Positions 36,621 to 50,109 of a stretch of DNA of 64,000 nucleotides are shown one piece after another (position 1 is the stretch's first letter; each line of letters begins with the position of its first letter). The notes beneath the pieces were generated by a model that was not told where the DNA came from, searched no databases, and worked only from the letters and a program-made list of their open reading frames with translations. The position numbers and the translations under genes are program-made. The stretch covers positions 9,176,001 to 9,240,000 of the forward strand of contig NC_082736.1 in assembly GCF_030144855.1 (NCBI RefSeq), given 5' to 3'. Origin of the DNA: Hypanus sabinus (lineage: Eukaryota).

Positions 36621-39600
36621 GTACTTTAGATCTGTCTTCACCAGGGAGGACACAAGCAATCTCCCAGATGTATGGATGGGCCAGTGTCATAAGATATCAG
36701 AGGAATTGAGACAGATTGTCATTAGGAAAGAAACTGTGATGAGTAGGCTGGTAGGACTGAAGGCTAATAAATCCCCGGGTCCAGATGGTCTGCATCTGAG
36801 GGTTCTAAAACAGGTGGCTCAGGAAATTGCGGATGCATTGGTAATCATTTTCCAATGTTCCTTAGATTCAGGATCAGTTCCTGAAGATTGGAGAGTGGCT
36901 AATGTTATCCCACTTTTCAAGAAGGGAGGGAAGGAGAAAACGGAGAACTATCCTAACGACAGTCGTGGGGAAGATGATTGAGACCATTATTAAGGACGAA
37001 ATAGTGGCACATCTTGATGGCAGAAATAGGATTAGGCCAAGCCAGCATGGATTTACCAAGGGCAAATCATGCTTGACTAATCTGTTGGAGTTTTTTCAGG
37101 GTGTAACAAGGATGTTAGACGAGGGTAAGCCAGTGGATGTTGTGTACCTAGATTTTCAGAAGGCATTTGATAAGGTGCCACATAGGAGATTGGTGAGTAA
37201 AATCAGAGCTCATGGCATTGGGAGCAGGGTTTCAACATGGATAGAAAACTGGTTGGCAGATAGAAAGCAAAGGGTAGCAGTGAATGGGTGTTTCTCGGAC
37301 TGGCTGGAGGTGACTAGTGGGGTACCACAGGGCTCTGTATTGGGACCGCAGCTCTTTACGATTTATGTCAATGATTTAGATAAGGGCATTGAAAACTATA
37401 TCAGCAAGTTTGCTGATGATACTAAACTGGGTGGCAGTGTGACATGCGAAGAGGACGTTAGGAGAATACAAGGAGACTTGGATAGGCTTGGTGAGTGGGC
37501 AGATACTTGGCAGATGTCATTCAATGTGAATAAATATGAAGTTATCCACTTTGGAAGCAGGAACAAGAGGGCACAGTATTGTCTGAACGGTGTAGAGTTA
37601 GGTAAGGGAGAAATGCAAAGAGACTGAGGACTCCTAGTTCACCAGTCAATGAAGGTGAATGAGCAAGTGCAACAGGCAGTGAAGAGGGCAAATGGAATGT
37701 TGTCCTTTGTTACAAGGGGAATTGAATACAAGAGCAAGGATGTTCTTTTGCATTTGTACAGGGCCCTGGTGAGACCACACCTGGAATATTGTGTACAGTT
37801 TTGGTCTCCAGGTTTAAGGAAGGACATTCTGGCAATTGAGGAAGTGCAGCGTAGATTCACTAGGTTGATTCTTGGGATGGCAGGGCTGTCTTACGCAGAG
37901 AGATTGGAGAGATTGGGCTTGTACACGCTGGAATTGAGGAAATTTTGAGGGGATCTGATGGAAACGTTTAAGATAATTAAAGGATTTCATAGGATTGAGG
38001 CAGGAAATATGTTCCAGATGTTGGGAGAGTCCAGTACCAGAGGGCATGGATTGAGTATAAGAGGTCAGTTATTTAAAACAGAGTTGAGGAAGAGCTTCTT
38101 CTCCCAGAGAGTTGTGGAGGTGTGGAATGCACTGCCTCGGAAGACGGTGGAGGCCAATTCTCTGGATGCTTTCAAGAAGGAGCTAGATAGATATCTGATG
38201 GATAGGGGAATCAAGGGATATGGGGACAAGGCAGGGACTGGGTATTGATAGTGAATAATCAGCCATGATCTCAGAATGGCGGTGCAGACTCGAGGGGCCG
38301 AATGGTCTACTTCTGCACCTATTGTCTATTGTCTATTCATTTTCTGATTATTCTATTATTGTAAATATGATCACTTCAATAAAAATTAGAGGCTAACTGT
38401 GTTCATTGTTTGAGTTTGATTGCTGGAAGCAGGCTAAAAAAATAGGTGCGGTTGTGTAGCCTACATTTACAATTTGTTTCGTTAGGTCTACATTTGTGTC
38501 TGCGAATGTTCGATTTTAAATGGTTTGTTTATGGAAAATGTGTCTTCCAAAACAATCTTAGCCAATAATAGCATAGTTTTTACTCTCTCTCATCACAACT
38601 TTCTTGCAGCCTACGACTACAAGTTAATACCAATCATAACAATAATGCTTACTAGGCAATCTTCTTCATCAGAAACGAAATTCGTAAGGTGAAACACTGT
38701 AGTTACAGCAGAGACTGAGACACGTGAGAGCAGGCTGAAAAAAAAACGATGGCAACGAAAGCTGTGGGAGCACGCATGCGCGCGCAACTTATCCGGTCGG
38801 CATGAAATCGCATTTTGCCCAATCCGGCCCGTGAGTTTAACTAAGTTTGACACTCCTGGGCTAGATAGTTCTAAGGAAGGGACATGTTCTGCACAGCTCT
38901 GAGGGCCGAAGGGCCTGTATTGTGCTATAGGTTTTCTATGATTCTATGAGTTACTCCTTTACTCCAAATAGGAGGAAAAATAAGTAAATACAAAATAAAT
39001 AATTGATACAAAAACCTGCAGATTCCCAGCAAAACGTTTTAAACTGTAACAAAGCAGGAGTTATTGCAAACATCCAAAAGTTTGGACTGAGTAGTGAAGA
39101 GCGGTGAGGATTCCGCAAAGGGTTAGATACAGGTGACGTGATCGGACTCAGGTCTGGCAGACGGGATATTGTGGGAGAGGGAGGGTGTGAACTTTTACAT
39201 TTAAAATATGTAATACAGAACATTTTCTAGATGTTCAGAGAGAACATGGCCGGGCAGATCGAATGAGGAATGCAACCGGGGTATCTGATTAAGGGTCTTA
39301 GGTCTGATACGTTAACTCTGTTTCTCTTACCACGGGCGCAGTGTCTCTATTTCTTTTACTGGAAAGTCAGCGTTCCCGTCCTCACAATTGTTCTGTTTCA
39401 GAATATCATCATTTAATTTTTGGGGAATTGAACAGGAATATGAAGAGATTATGTGTCAGTTCTAAAGCGTGTTATGTGTTAACGTTACAAACTGACATTC
39501 AATATTGAAGGTGTGCTTCTGAAAGTTTATCCGAGCGCTGTGGTTCTGTTCTGTTGCGGATAAATCTTTGGAAACTGGCGGGTGCAGTAAAGTGAAGGCG

Positions 39601-39763
39601 GAGCTGGACGATGAGAGGCCGCTCTCGGCTCTGTCCGTCACTCAGACTCTGTCTCCTCCCCTCCCCGCCTCTGTCTCTCTGCGCGTTTCTCGGGCAGGTC
39701 GGGGCGCTGTGTATAAAAGGAGACATCAGCAGTCGGTTTGTCACTGAGCAGCGACCTGAGTGA

Positions 39764-40134
<371 letters not shown>

Positions 40135-40781
40135 ACCCACCGCCTCACAGGGAGCAGTGACCTGGAGCAGGATCAGGTGAAGATTTAATATTTATTTAAT
40201 TAATGTTTTTGCCGATGCTCAAAGTTATCGTAATTCTCGGAGTGAGGAGAATGTCTCAGATGTTGATGAACTACACTTGTTTTCATTATGTAGGGTCAGG
40301 GTAAATCTGACCCCTACCCTCACACTGCAGTTCTCCCGCAAAGTCAGGTTTACCTTGGATCTTGTCATCACGATTCGGCTTGTTTTGGAAAGTAACATAG
40401 GACATTTAATTTCACCCTCTCGTTCCTCAAAAAAAAAACATCTCAATTAGTTCGAAATTGGTGTGTAATTAATGGAAAGTAGAGGTAATGACTTCCTATC
40501 GCCTGTAAAGCTCATCGTTCACTCATTCCCCCCAATCCGGCGTAACTGCTCTGGAATGGCGGGCGGATAGAAGCTAATCACAGGCCTAGTTAATATACTT
40601 GATACCTGACGGGAGAGTACAACAGTCAGTGCAGGACTCAGCTCCATGTCAGACAGCGCTCCGACTACTGACTGCTGTACACCAGTAAGGAATTTCATTG
40701 TAACCTACAGTAAAGGAGTGAAACTGAGACCTTTCCTCCGCGCTCTCAACGGATAGCAGCCCTTCCACGGACATTGTGAGT

Positions 40782-40797
40782 GGCTCTGAAAAGAGCC
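40782..40797 (-). promoter_or_regulatory. Histone 3' stem-loop (H2A)
   Basis: Minus strand GGCTCT-TTTC-AGAGCC. Confidence 0.95.
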
Positions 40798-40827
40798 TTT
40801 GGGTCACTGGGTTCAGGATCTGTCAGT

Positions 40828-41217
<390 letters not shown>

Positions 41218-42091
41218 TCACAGAAACTGTTCAACCCAGAATGAAGGAATGTTCACCCCGCCCCAACTCGCCCATTTTATATCTTCTTTGAGAATTCAAA
41301 CCTATGTTTGTGATTGCTGTGATCCTGCTTATTTTCATTGGTGAAGAGAAACGGCCCAATCGAAGAACTGTCTTAATCACCAATCAGCAGTCCGTAAAAG
41401 CAGAAGCGCGGAGTGAAATCGTCTCCTCCCCAAAGTGCACTGTAATTTCGAAAAATCCCGCCAAAAAATAAATCTATTGTTCACATTTAATCAGAAATCA
41501 AATAATTGCAGATCTGTTTGACGACTGAGTGTTCGCATTTCCCCGTTACTCAATCCGAGCGCATTTAATGCAAGTGTGATTGATATTGAAATGTCTGGGA
41601 ACTCTAATTTTCTAATTTCTTTCAACCCGTAACGGAACTGAATAAAACTGACCCTCAGCTTCTGCCCTCGGTCGGTCACTGTGTGAACGTTATCAGGTTA
41701 TGGACAAACGGCTCCTCAAACTGTGACCAACCTCTAGTCTGCAATTTTAAAAAGTTGTTCGATGAAAGAACCATTAACTCCTTCAGGCCTCGCATTGAAA
41801 TAAGATTCCTAGAAGTTACCCAACTGAAACTAATAAACTCCTGAACCCACAGCTAAAACAGCAACGGCAGCAATCCTCCGCTCGACACGGATACCGGCAG
41901 GGACGGACTGATGGGGATGGGGAGGTTACAATTCCGTGTCAGTGCAGTGGGAGGAATGTAAAGCACCGGCATTATACGGCGCGGAGGAACCGGATATTCC
42001 AACTGCACTTTAGGTCTTTTAAGTCACCAGACATAAGATATGTGCAACCTATTGACTAAATGTCAGTACAACTCTCTGTGAAATTGTGAGT

Positions 42092-42107
42092 GGCTCTTAA
42101 AAGAGCC
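42092..42107 (-). promoter_or_regulatory. Histone 3' stem-loop (H2B)
   Basis: Minus strand GGCTCT-TTTA-AGAGCC. Confidence 0.95.
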
Positions 42108-42138
42108 GTTGTGTTTTCGATCATCTCACTGGGGAGCT

Positions 42139-42513
42139 TCACTTGGAGCTGGTGTACTTGGTCACCGCCTTTGTCCCTTCGGACACGGCGTGCTTGGCCA
42201 GCTCCCCGGGCAGCAGCAGGCGCACGGCGGTCTGGATCTCCCGGGAAGTGATGGTTGACCGCTTGTTGTAGTTGGCCAAGCGGGAAGCCTCGCCCCCGAT
42301 TCGCTCGAAGATATCGTTGACGAACGAGTTCATGATGCTCATGGCCTTGGAGGAGATGCCAGTATCGGGATGAACCTGCTTCATCACTTTGTAGATGTAG
42401 ATGGAGTAACTCTCCTTCCTCAGCCTCTTGCGTTTCTTACCTCCCTTACCCGCTGGTTTAGGCAGAGCTTTCTTGGCGCCCTTCTTCGGAGCGGATTTCG
42501 CTGGTTCAGGCAT
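42139..42513 (-). CDS. H2B: Histone H2B
   Basis: Intact 124-aa ORF (A74G and H82N relative to consensus, human numbering); octamer-like ATGCTAAT at 42591-98 and CCAAT boxes upstream. Confidence 0.95.
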   Translation of the reverse strand: MPEPAKSAPKKGAKKALPKPAGKGGKKRKRLRKESYSIYIYKVMKQVHPDTGISSKAMSIMNSFVNDIFERIGGEASRLANYNKRSTITSREIQTAVRLLLPGELAKHAVSEGTKAVTKYTSSK

Positions 42514-43220
42514 TTCGCGTGTCCGTTTCAGACCCAGAAATAAACAGAACTGGCCGGGAGCCCGAATTAAAAGGCAGCGCCAAAAACAGTATGCTAATGA
42601 GGGATGGCAATTCTTTGGATTCCTAATGGCTATTTGAAGAAAAGCTTCATGCAGTCAAAGCATTTGATTGGCTACCTGATGGAACACCACAACCAATCAG
42701 AACTATCTCCACTGCCCATTGTTCGTTTGGGTAACACTGTGGACCGGGAACTGGCGCTGATCAGTTTAGTTGCCGCTGCCAGTTAATTCGGCAGGAAGGA
42801 AATCAAAAATAAACAATCGGCCATAAAGTACAGGCGCAGTATTCGGCCATTCGACCTATGGTGTCTGCTAGAAAAGCAGATGGAATGAGAAAATCACACA
42901 CTTGATAATATGAAACATTTACGTAATTAAACATGGCAGCAGGAGATCGAAGGTTCAATTGTCAGCATGAGAGACCCATTTCGGAGTGAGGGTTTAAGTC
43001 GTTTATTGCCATATCCAACTGGCTTGCAGCAGATTCAGAAACACACAGTATCGGAGACACTACATTCACACAATGAAAACATACTCTACAGAATTATAAA
43101 GAGACAACAGAATTTCAACAAGATCCCATTGCAGTGTAAAGTGGTCAAAGTGGTGCTGCTGAGGTGGTGATGAGGGTTGTCCAGATTTGTTAAACAATAG
43201 ATTGTCTCTACCGGTCTTAA

Positions 43221-43366
43221 TCTGGTACAGTGTGAGAGTGTGGGTTCATTCTGTATCTGTCAGTCTCTGGTATAGTGTGAGAGTCTGGGGTTCATTCTGT
43301 ACCTATCACTCTCCGGTACAGTGTGAGATTGTAGGGTTCATTCTGTACCAGTCAGTCTCTGGTACT
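43221..43366. repeat. Minisatellite, ~45-46-bp unit, about 3.2 copies
   Basis: tctggtacagtgtgagagt..gggttcattctgta.c..tca.tc repeated. Confidence 0.85.
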
Positions 43367-43494
43367 TTGAGGGAGCTGGACCTCGCACTGTATTTTCCAA
43401 TCTCTCATGCAGTGGAAATGGATAAAATTCTTCCAGATTCATCCTTAGAGTTGAACTCTTTGATTAGATCAAGTTTGCTTCATAAATAAAATCA

Positions 43495-43950
43495 TACAAT
43501 GCGATGAGGCCACACTTAGCTTGGAAGAACAACATTTTATATCTGGGTAGCTTCCAAACTGATAGCATGAACAACAAATTCTTCAATGTCTGGTAATGCC
43601 CACCCTCACCAATTCCCCTCCCCCTTTTCTTCTCTCACCTTCTCCCCTGTGTGCTCTTCCCCTCTTTTCTTTCTTCCATGGCCTTATCTCTATTTCACCA
43701 ATCAACTTCCCAGCTCTTTACTTCATTCCTCCCTTTCAGCAGTCACCTATCACCTTGTTTTCTCTCTCCCTTATCCCCACCATTTAACTCTACTCCTTGT
43801 CTATTTGTCTCCAGTCTTGCCGAATGTTTTTGGACTGAAACATTGACTATATTTTTTTGTGCTACAGATGCTGCCTGGCCTGCTGAGTTCCTTCAGCATT
43901 TTGTGTGTGTTGCTTGGATTTCCAGCATCTACAGATTTTCTCTAGTTTGT
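43495..43950 (+). mobile_element. Penelope-like element 3' fragment
   Basis: LEEQH....LGSFQTDSMN ORF end, pyrimidine tract, degenerate hammerhead (~43812-43848) and pLTR. Confidence 0.72.
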
Positions 43951-45205
43951 GACACTATGTTGTATATTGGTATCTCGGGGATGATGTATCTGGTTACATT
44001 GAAGTACTCTGAATGGACTTTGCAGCAGAGCATCCAGAGCAACAAGACCAGACCATTAAATCCAACTCTGGGCTTGTGATAAACATGTAACTTTCCTTGA
44101 GTCTCTGTGTGGGGGGGTTTGAATGGGGTGTATTGTGTAGCAACATTCGAGCTGATGGAATTGAGAATGATTTTGACTGTGGATCTGTAACCAGTGTGTC
44201 CACAGTGATCAGTGATGGGGCCTCTGTCTGATCAGATTTAAACACACACGGGCTGAACAGCTTGCTGATGACATGAATGTTGGTGCAGTTGTGGATAATT
44301 AACATACAGACAGAACTTGATGCAGTCCAGTTGGAAACCTGGATGGTGAAATGGGGACAGAGTTTAATCTGGACAAGTGTGAGGAGTTTTATTGGTCCAA
44401 TGTTGGAGGAAACTCCACAGTAAATGGCAACACCCTTAGCAGCACGGATATACTGAGGGATCTTGATGTGTTCATCTATATTATTCTGCAAGTGACATTG
44501 AAAGGAAATAAACTGCTATAAGGATCACAGAGGGGGAGCAGTGAGAGGACTGGGGGAATGGAGTGTCTGTGTAGATTAATGTAATGGGTGGAAACATGCA
44601 GAGTTAACAACCACGAACATTGAGTTGTGTTTCTCTTTAAAAGGCTGGACAGATGTTATGACATAATTATGTGATTTTTTAAAAACCGTGCTTTGTTTCT
44701 GTGTTTGGAGGACAATAAATCAGTTATTATAGTTGTCCTTAAAGATAAAATGCCTCATGCTATTTTATTTGTAAAAACCCACAATAACATACTGGGTACC
44801 AGTAGCATTCACACCACAAGAATACCGCAGTGTCAGTCTGCAACGAGAAAGCCTGATCACATTCTCTTCAGGTTCAATGGCATTGCTGACTCTGAGTTTA
44901 CCACCGTCAAGTGCTAACAAATATGTGTTCTTAGTAGGTCTGTGGGAGATACACGGGATGTGAAGCTGTACTAATGGAGAGAGACAAACTGGGCCAAGTC
45001 AGTTTGATGAAGGGCAGAGAGGAAAAAACAGAATTTGATGTTGCGTCCTCATCCCTGAACTATTACCAGTTAGAAGTGTTGATCCTCCAAATTGTGTTCA
45101 GCCTCACTGTAACAGTGTGACATCAGATATCAACATAAAAACTGAAATAATCTCAGCTGAAATATTGTCTTGCATTTGTTGGTCTTCTTTACAAACATTT
45201 TACAG

Positions 45206-45800
45206 GATAGAAAAGGCAAAGAATTTCTGTCTGAGAATCTCAAACACAACAGTGTGTCAGGTCTGATATGCCTGCCAGTTCCCCAGCATTTGAAGGCGAC
45301 CAATCATTGAATGTGAAGGAGGAGATGGTTGAGAGGACAGCCCACCAGTCTGAGCAAGGAGAACCCCAATACACGGACATGTCCTTGATCTGACCTGATA
45401 AATGGCCACAGAGTTGATACCGCTGAGCTGACATTCACCACCTCTCATCTTGCAAGGGATTCACCAGGCCACTGATCCTGCAGATACACCAGCCAGTTCA
45501 CAGGGGGAGAGGCCATTCACCTGCTCTGTGTGTGGGACGGGATTCATTCAGTCACATGAGCTCTTACACCATCAGCCGGGTGACACCGGTGAACAGCTAG
45601 ACTTGGCTCAGTTGTCTCTGTCTCTCAGTATAGCTTCACACCTGTTCCAAGCGTGGGAAGAGATTCATTCAGTTCACCCACTTTGTGAGGCTCCAGCGAG
45701 TTTATAATACATAGAAGACCCACTTCAGTCTTGTGTCAGCAAAGAAATTTACTCCGTCATCCCACCTGCTGAAACAATGGCAACTTCACATCAGGGAGGA
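45206..45800 (+). pseudogene. Decayed tandem C2H2 zinc-finger exon
   Basis: [20 protein letters not shown] plus at least three more degenerate fingers ([13 protein letters not shown]; [11 protein letters not shown]; KKFTPSSHLLK); candidate acceptor ttttacag ends at 45205. Confidence 0.75.
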
Positions 45801-46324
45801 AGTTGAAATAAGCTCTATGTCAACATTTTAACCATCATGGTGACTGAATCTAGTTGGAAGTTCATGTGAGCTGTTAATGTCAGATTCTGCAGATATTGTG
45901 ACTGATCACTGGTCACTGAGCATTGGAGGGTTCGTTCTGCTGATGTTAGTCTTAAAATACCCTGGTATTAATATTGTGGATCTGTGACAAATTAATCGGC
46001 TCTATTTCAAATACTGTGTCTCAGGTGCTTCCTGCCTGTCACACAGCTAATGTACATTAGAAAGGCCACTCAGTCCATCTGGTACCTGTTCATGTTCCTT
46101 TTCTACACCAGAGCTTTCAACTGTATCCCTGCTGTTCACCTCTCACTCACCCTATAATATTCAGGTTGCAACTGCTCAGTCTGTGACTGAAGAAGTTTAC
46201 TTTGAATTAAATCCATAACTTTCTGGAAACTGCAGAAGATGAATTCACTAGGGTTTTGTCCCAAATAGTCTTCATTCCTCAGAGCTCTGGACCAAGGATG
46301 AAGTCTTGTATGGTTAAAATCTTT

Positions 46325-48820
46325 CTAGAACATAGAAACATAGAAAACCTACAGCACAATACAGGCCCTTCAGCCCACAAGGTTCTTTTGAACTTGTCCC
46401 TACCCTAGAAATTACTAGGCTTACCCACAGCCTTTTATTTTTCTAATTTCCATGTACCTATCCAAAAGTCTCTTAAAAGACCCTATCATATCTTCCTTTA
46501 CCACCGTTGCCAGAAGTACATTCCAAACACTCACCACTCTCTGAGTAAAATACTTACCCTTGACATCTTCTCTGTACATACTCCACAGTGCCTTATACCT
46601 GTGTCCTCTTGTGGCAACCATTTCAGCCCTGGGAAAAGCCTTTGACTATCCACATGATCAATGCCTTTGAATATCTCTGTCATGTCATCCTCCGTCACTC
46701 CAAGGAGAAAAGGCTGAGAAACCGATCCTCATAAGACATGCTCCCCAATCCAGGCAACATCTTTCTCAATCTCCTCTGCACCTTTTCTATGGCTTCCACA
46801 TCCTTCCTGTTGTGAGGCGACCAAGCTCAGCACAGAGCTCCAAGTGGGGTCTGACCAGGGTGCTCTCTAGCTGCAATACTACCTCTCGGCTTCTAAATTC
46901 AATTCCACTTTTGATGAAGGCCAATACATCATATGCCTTCTTAACCACTGAGTCAACCTGCAAAACTGCTTTGAGCATCCTATGGACTCAGACTTCAAGA
47001 TCTCTCTGATCTTACACACTGCCAAGAGCCATACTGTTAATACTTTATTCTGCCATCATATTTGAGCAAGCAAAATGAACCACCACACTTATCTGGATTC
47101 AGCTCCATCTGTCACTTCTCAGCCTAGTTTTGCATCCTATCAATGTCCCGCTGTAACTTCAGACAGTCTTCCATACCATCCACAACACCTCCAACCTTAG
47201 AGTCATCAGCAAAATTACTAACCCATCCTTCCACTTCTTCATCCAGGTCAGTTATAAAAATCTCAAAAAGTAAGAGTCCCAGACAGATCCCTGAGAGACT
47301 GCACTGGTGACCGACCTCCATTCAGAATACAACCCGTCTACAACCACACTTGGCTTTCTGTGGGCAAGCCAGTTCTCGATACACAAAGCGATTTCCCCTT
47401 GGATACCATGCCTCCTTACTTTCTCAATAAGCCTTGCATGGGATACCTTATCAAATGTCTTTCTGAAATCCACATACACTATATCTACTGTTCTTCCTTC
47501 ATCAATATGCTTGGTCGCATCCTCAAAAAATTCAATCAGGCTCGTAAGTCACATCCTGCACTTGACAAAGCCATGTTGACTACAGCTCATCATATTATAC
47601 CACTCCAAATGTTCATAAATCCTGCCTCTCATTATCTTCTCCGTCAACTTACCAACCACTGCGTTAAGGCTCACTGGTGTATAATTTCCTGGTCTATGTC
47701 TACTCCCTTTCTTGAATAAGGGAACAACATTTGCAACCCTCCAGTCATCTAGACCCTCTCCCATCCCTATTGATGATACAAAGATCATTGCCAGAGGCTG
47801 AACAATCTGCTCCCTCACCTCCCACAGTAGCCTGGGGTACATCTTGTCTGGGCCCTGCAATTCATCCAACTTGATGCTTTCCAAAAGCTCGGCACATCCT
47901 CTTTCTTAACGTCTACATGCTCAAGCTTTTCAGTCTGCTGCAAGTCATCACTACAATCACTAAGATCCTCTTGAATAGTGAATACTATAGTATTCATTAA
48001 GTACCTCTGCTATTTCCTCTGGTTCCATACACACTTTTCCCATTGTCTCATTTAATAGGTCCTATCCTTTCACATCTTATCCTCCTGCTCTTCCCGTACA
48101 TGTAGAATGCCTTGGGTTTTTCTTTAATCCTGCCCACCAAGGCCTTCTCATGGCCCCTTCTGGTTCTTCTAATTTCCTTCTTAAGCTCCTTCCTGTTAGC
48201 CTTATAATCTTCTAGATCTCTAACATAACCTAGCTCTCTGAACCTTTTGCAATGTTTTATTTTCTTCTTGACCAGATTTACTACAGACTTTGTACACCAG
48301 AGTTCCTGCACACTACCATAACTTATGTGTCTCATTGGAACATAACTATTGCAGTACTTCACTCAAGTATTCCCTGAACATTTGCCACACTTCCATACCT
48401 TTCCTTGAGAACATTTGTTTCCAACTTCCTGCCTGATAGCCTCATAATTCCCCTTATTCCATTTAAATGCTTTTCTAACTTGTCTGCTCCTATATCTCTC
48501 CAATGATATTGTAAAGGAGATAGGATTATAATCACTATCTCCGAAATGCTCTCCCACTGAGAGATCTGACACCTGACCAGGTTCATTTCCCAATACCAAA
48601 TCAAGTGCAGCCTCTCCTCTTGTAGGCTTAACTATGTATTGTGTCAAGAAGCCTTCCTGAACACACCTAGCAAACTCCACCTCATCTAAAACCCTTGCTC
48701 TAGGGAGATGCTAATCTATATTTGTCAAATTAAAATTTCCCATCATGACAACTCTGTTATTATTACACCTTTTCATGATCTGTTTCCCTATCTGCTCCTT
48801 GATATTGCTGGTACTATTGG
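46325..48820 (-). mobile_element. 5'-truncated older CR1 LINE
   Basis: Collinear ORF2 pieces (LDLVLGNEPGQV, GPDKMYPR, DFRKTFDKV, FADDSK, LVRPHLE) and a (tttctatg)n tail. Confidence 0.9.
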
Positions 48821-49126
48821 CTCTGCCTTGCTCTATTCACTGTTTTTGGTGATTTTCACTGATTTTGAAGGGCTGTGCCTCACACAGCTGGGCTGTTGCA
48901 ATACAATGCTCTCCTTTAAAGTATGAGCAGAATGGTGGGTAAATATTCGATGGAGCAGAAACAAGTGGGGTCAGCACAAATGAGGGCTTGGCGTCTCTTG
49001 ATGTGATGGAGGCTCGAGTTGATGGGGAGTAGAAAGCGGGAACCAGATCAGGAGGATGAGGCTACAAATGAAAGTTCAGCAACATCTGGAAACTGATTGA
49101 CTGAAAAAAAAGAGGTTTATATTTGC

Positions 49127-49280
49127 AAAATGCTGGAGGGACTCAGTAGCCCCAGCAGCATCTATGGAGAGGAATAAATAGTGAATATTATGGGCCAAAA
49201 CACTTCATCCTACCTAGACTGTTTATTTCTCTGCATAGATGCTGCCCGACCTGCTGAGTTCCTGCAATACTTTGTGTGTT
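49127..49280. mobile_element. Penelope-derived palindromic short element
   Basis: Arm 49127-49182 is the inverted copy of 49218-49273. Confidence 0.7.
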
Positions 49281-49391
49281 ACTTTGCAGTTTATTCTCAG
49301 CAGCTGCTGAACCTCGAGTTTCATATCTGCATTTCTAACTGAGTGGGACTTTGACAGTTGTCATATAGAATGCCTGTTGACATGGAGTAAT

Positions 49392-49938
49392 AACGAGGAG
49401 AAAATCTGCAGTTATTGAATTCCAAGGAGAACACATAAAATGCTGGAGAAACTCTGCAGGCCAGGCAGCATCTGTGGATAAAAGTACAGGTGACATTTTG
49501 GGCCAAGATTCTTCAGCAGGACTGGAGAAAAAACAATGAGGAGTAAATTTTAAGGGTGGGGGAGCGGAGAGAGAAACACAAAGCGATAGGTGGAGCTGGG
49601 AGAAGGAGAGATGAAGTCAAGAGCTGGGAAGTTGATTGGTGGAAGAGCTGCAGGGCTGGAGAAGGTGTAGTCTGATAGGAGAGAACAGAAGGCCATGGAA
49701 GAAAGAAAAGGGGGGGGGAGGAACACCCGAGGGAGGTGATGGGCAGGCAACGAGAGGGAAAAGGGGATGGGCAATGATGAGGGAGGGAGGGAATGATGTC
49801 GGAGGGAAGGAATGACCGGAAGATCAAGAAATCGATGTTCATGCCATCAGATTGGAGGCTGCCCAGACAGAATACAAGGTGTTGTTCCTCCTACCTGAGT
49901 GTGGCCTCATCGCAACAGTATAGGAGGCCATGGATTGA
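49392..49938 (-). mobile_element. Penelope-like element 3' fragment
   Basis: Minus strand LR*EEQHLVFCLGSLQSDGMNIDF, pyrimidine tract, degenerate hammerhead (~49490-49525) and pLTR. Confidence 0.78.
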
Positions 49939-49949
49939 ACTTTCCATTG

Positions 49950-50032
49950 ATTATGTTGTTTGTGGAAGCTTGCTGTGTTGAAGTAGATGCTGAGTTTTCT
50001 GCATAAAAACACTTACTGCTTTTGGGACATGT
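49950..50032 (+). mobile_element. Possible Deu-domain SINE remnant
   Basis: tgtttgtggaagcttgctgtg...ttttgggac resembles the DeuSINE core as recalled from memory; not verified. Confidence 0.4.
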
Positions 50033-50109
50033 GGTGTTGAACCAACACTTGTCCTCTCAAACTAATCCAGCATATTAACAACAGCACGCCACCTCCCTTT
50101 TCCAAAATA

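Larger units (their letters stand above)
28767..38248 (+). pseudogene. CR1 ORF2 (APE endonuclease plus RT), disrupted and split at 30121/36621
   Basis: GITETW, VYRPP, GDFN, SDH; QHGF, LDFQKAFD, GVPQGSVLGP, FADD. Confidence 0.92.
27264..38334 (+). mobile_element. Full-length young CR1 LINE (copy A), interrupted by an LTR element
   Basis: 5'UTR, ORF1, APE-RT ORF2 and (CTATTGT)n tail; 9-bp TSD ATTCATTTT (27255-63 / 38335-43). Confidence 0.93.
24241..38858 (+). mobile_element. hAT DNA transposon (Buster/Charlie group), carrying nested retroelements
   Basis: TIRs CAGGGGTGTCAA / TTGACACTCCTG; 8-bp TSD GGCTAGGT (24233-24240) / GGCTAGAT (38859-38866). Confidence 0.92.
23940..38950 (+). mobile_element. 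CR1 3' end split by the hAT insertion (pieces 23940-24240 and 38859-38950)
   Basis: The two pieces join into the same 3'UTR and (ttctatg)n tail seen uninterrupted on the minus strand at 46325-46620. Confidence 0.85.

Noticed and set aside
43221-43366. CRISPR-like periodic repeat
   Set aside because: Whole units repeat without unique spacers in a eukaryotic context; it is a minisatellite.
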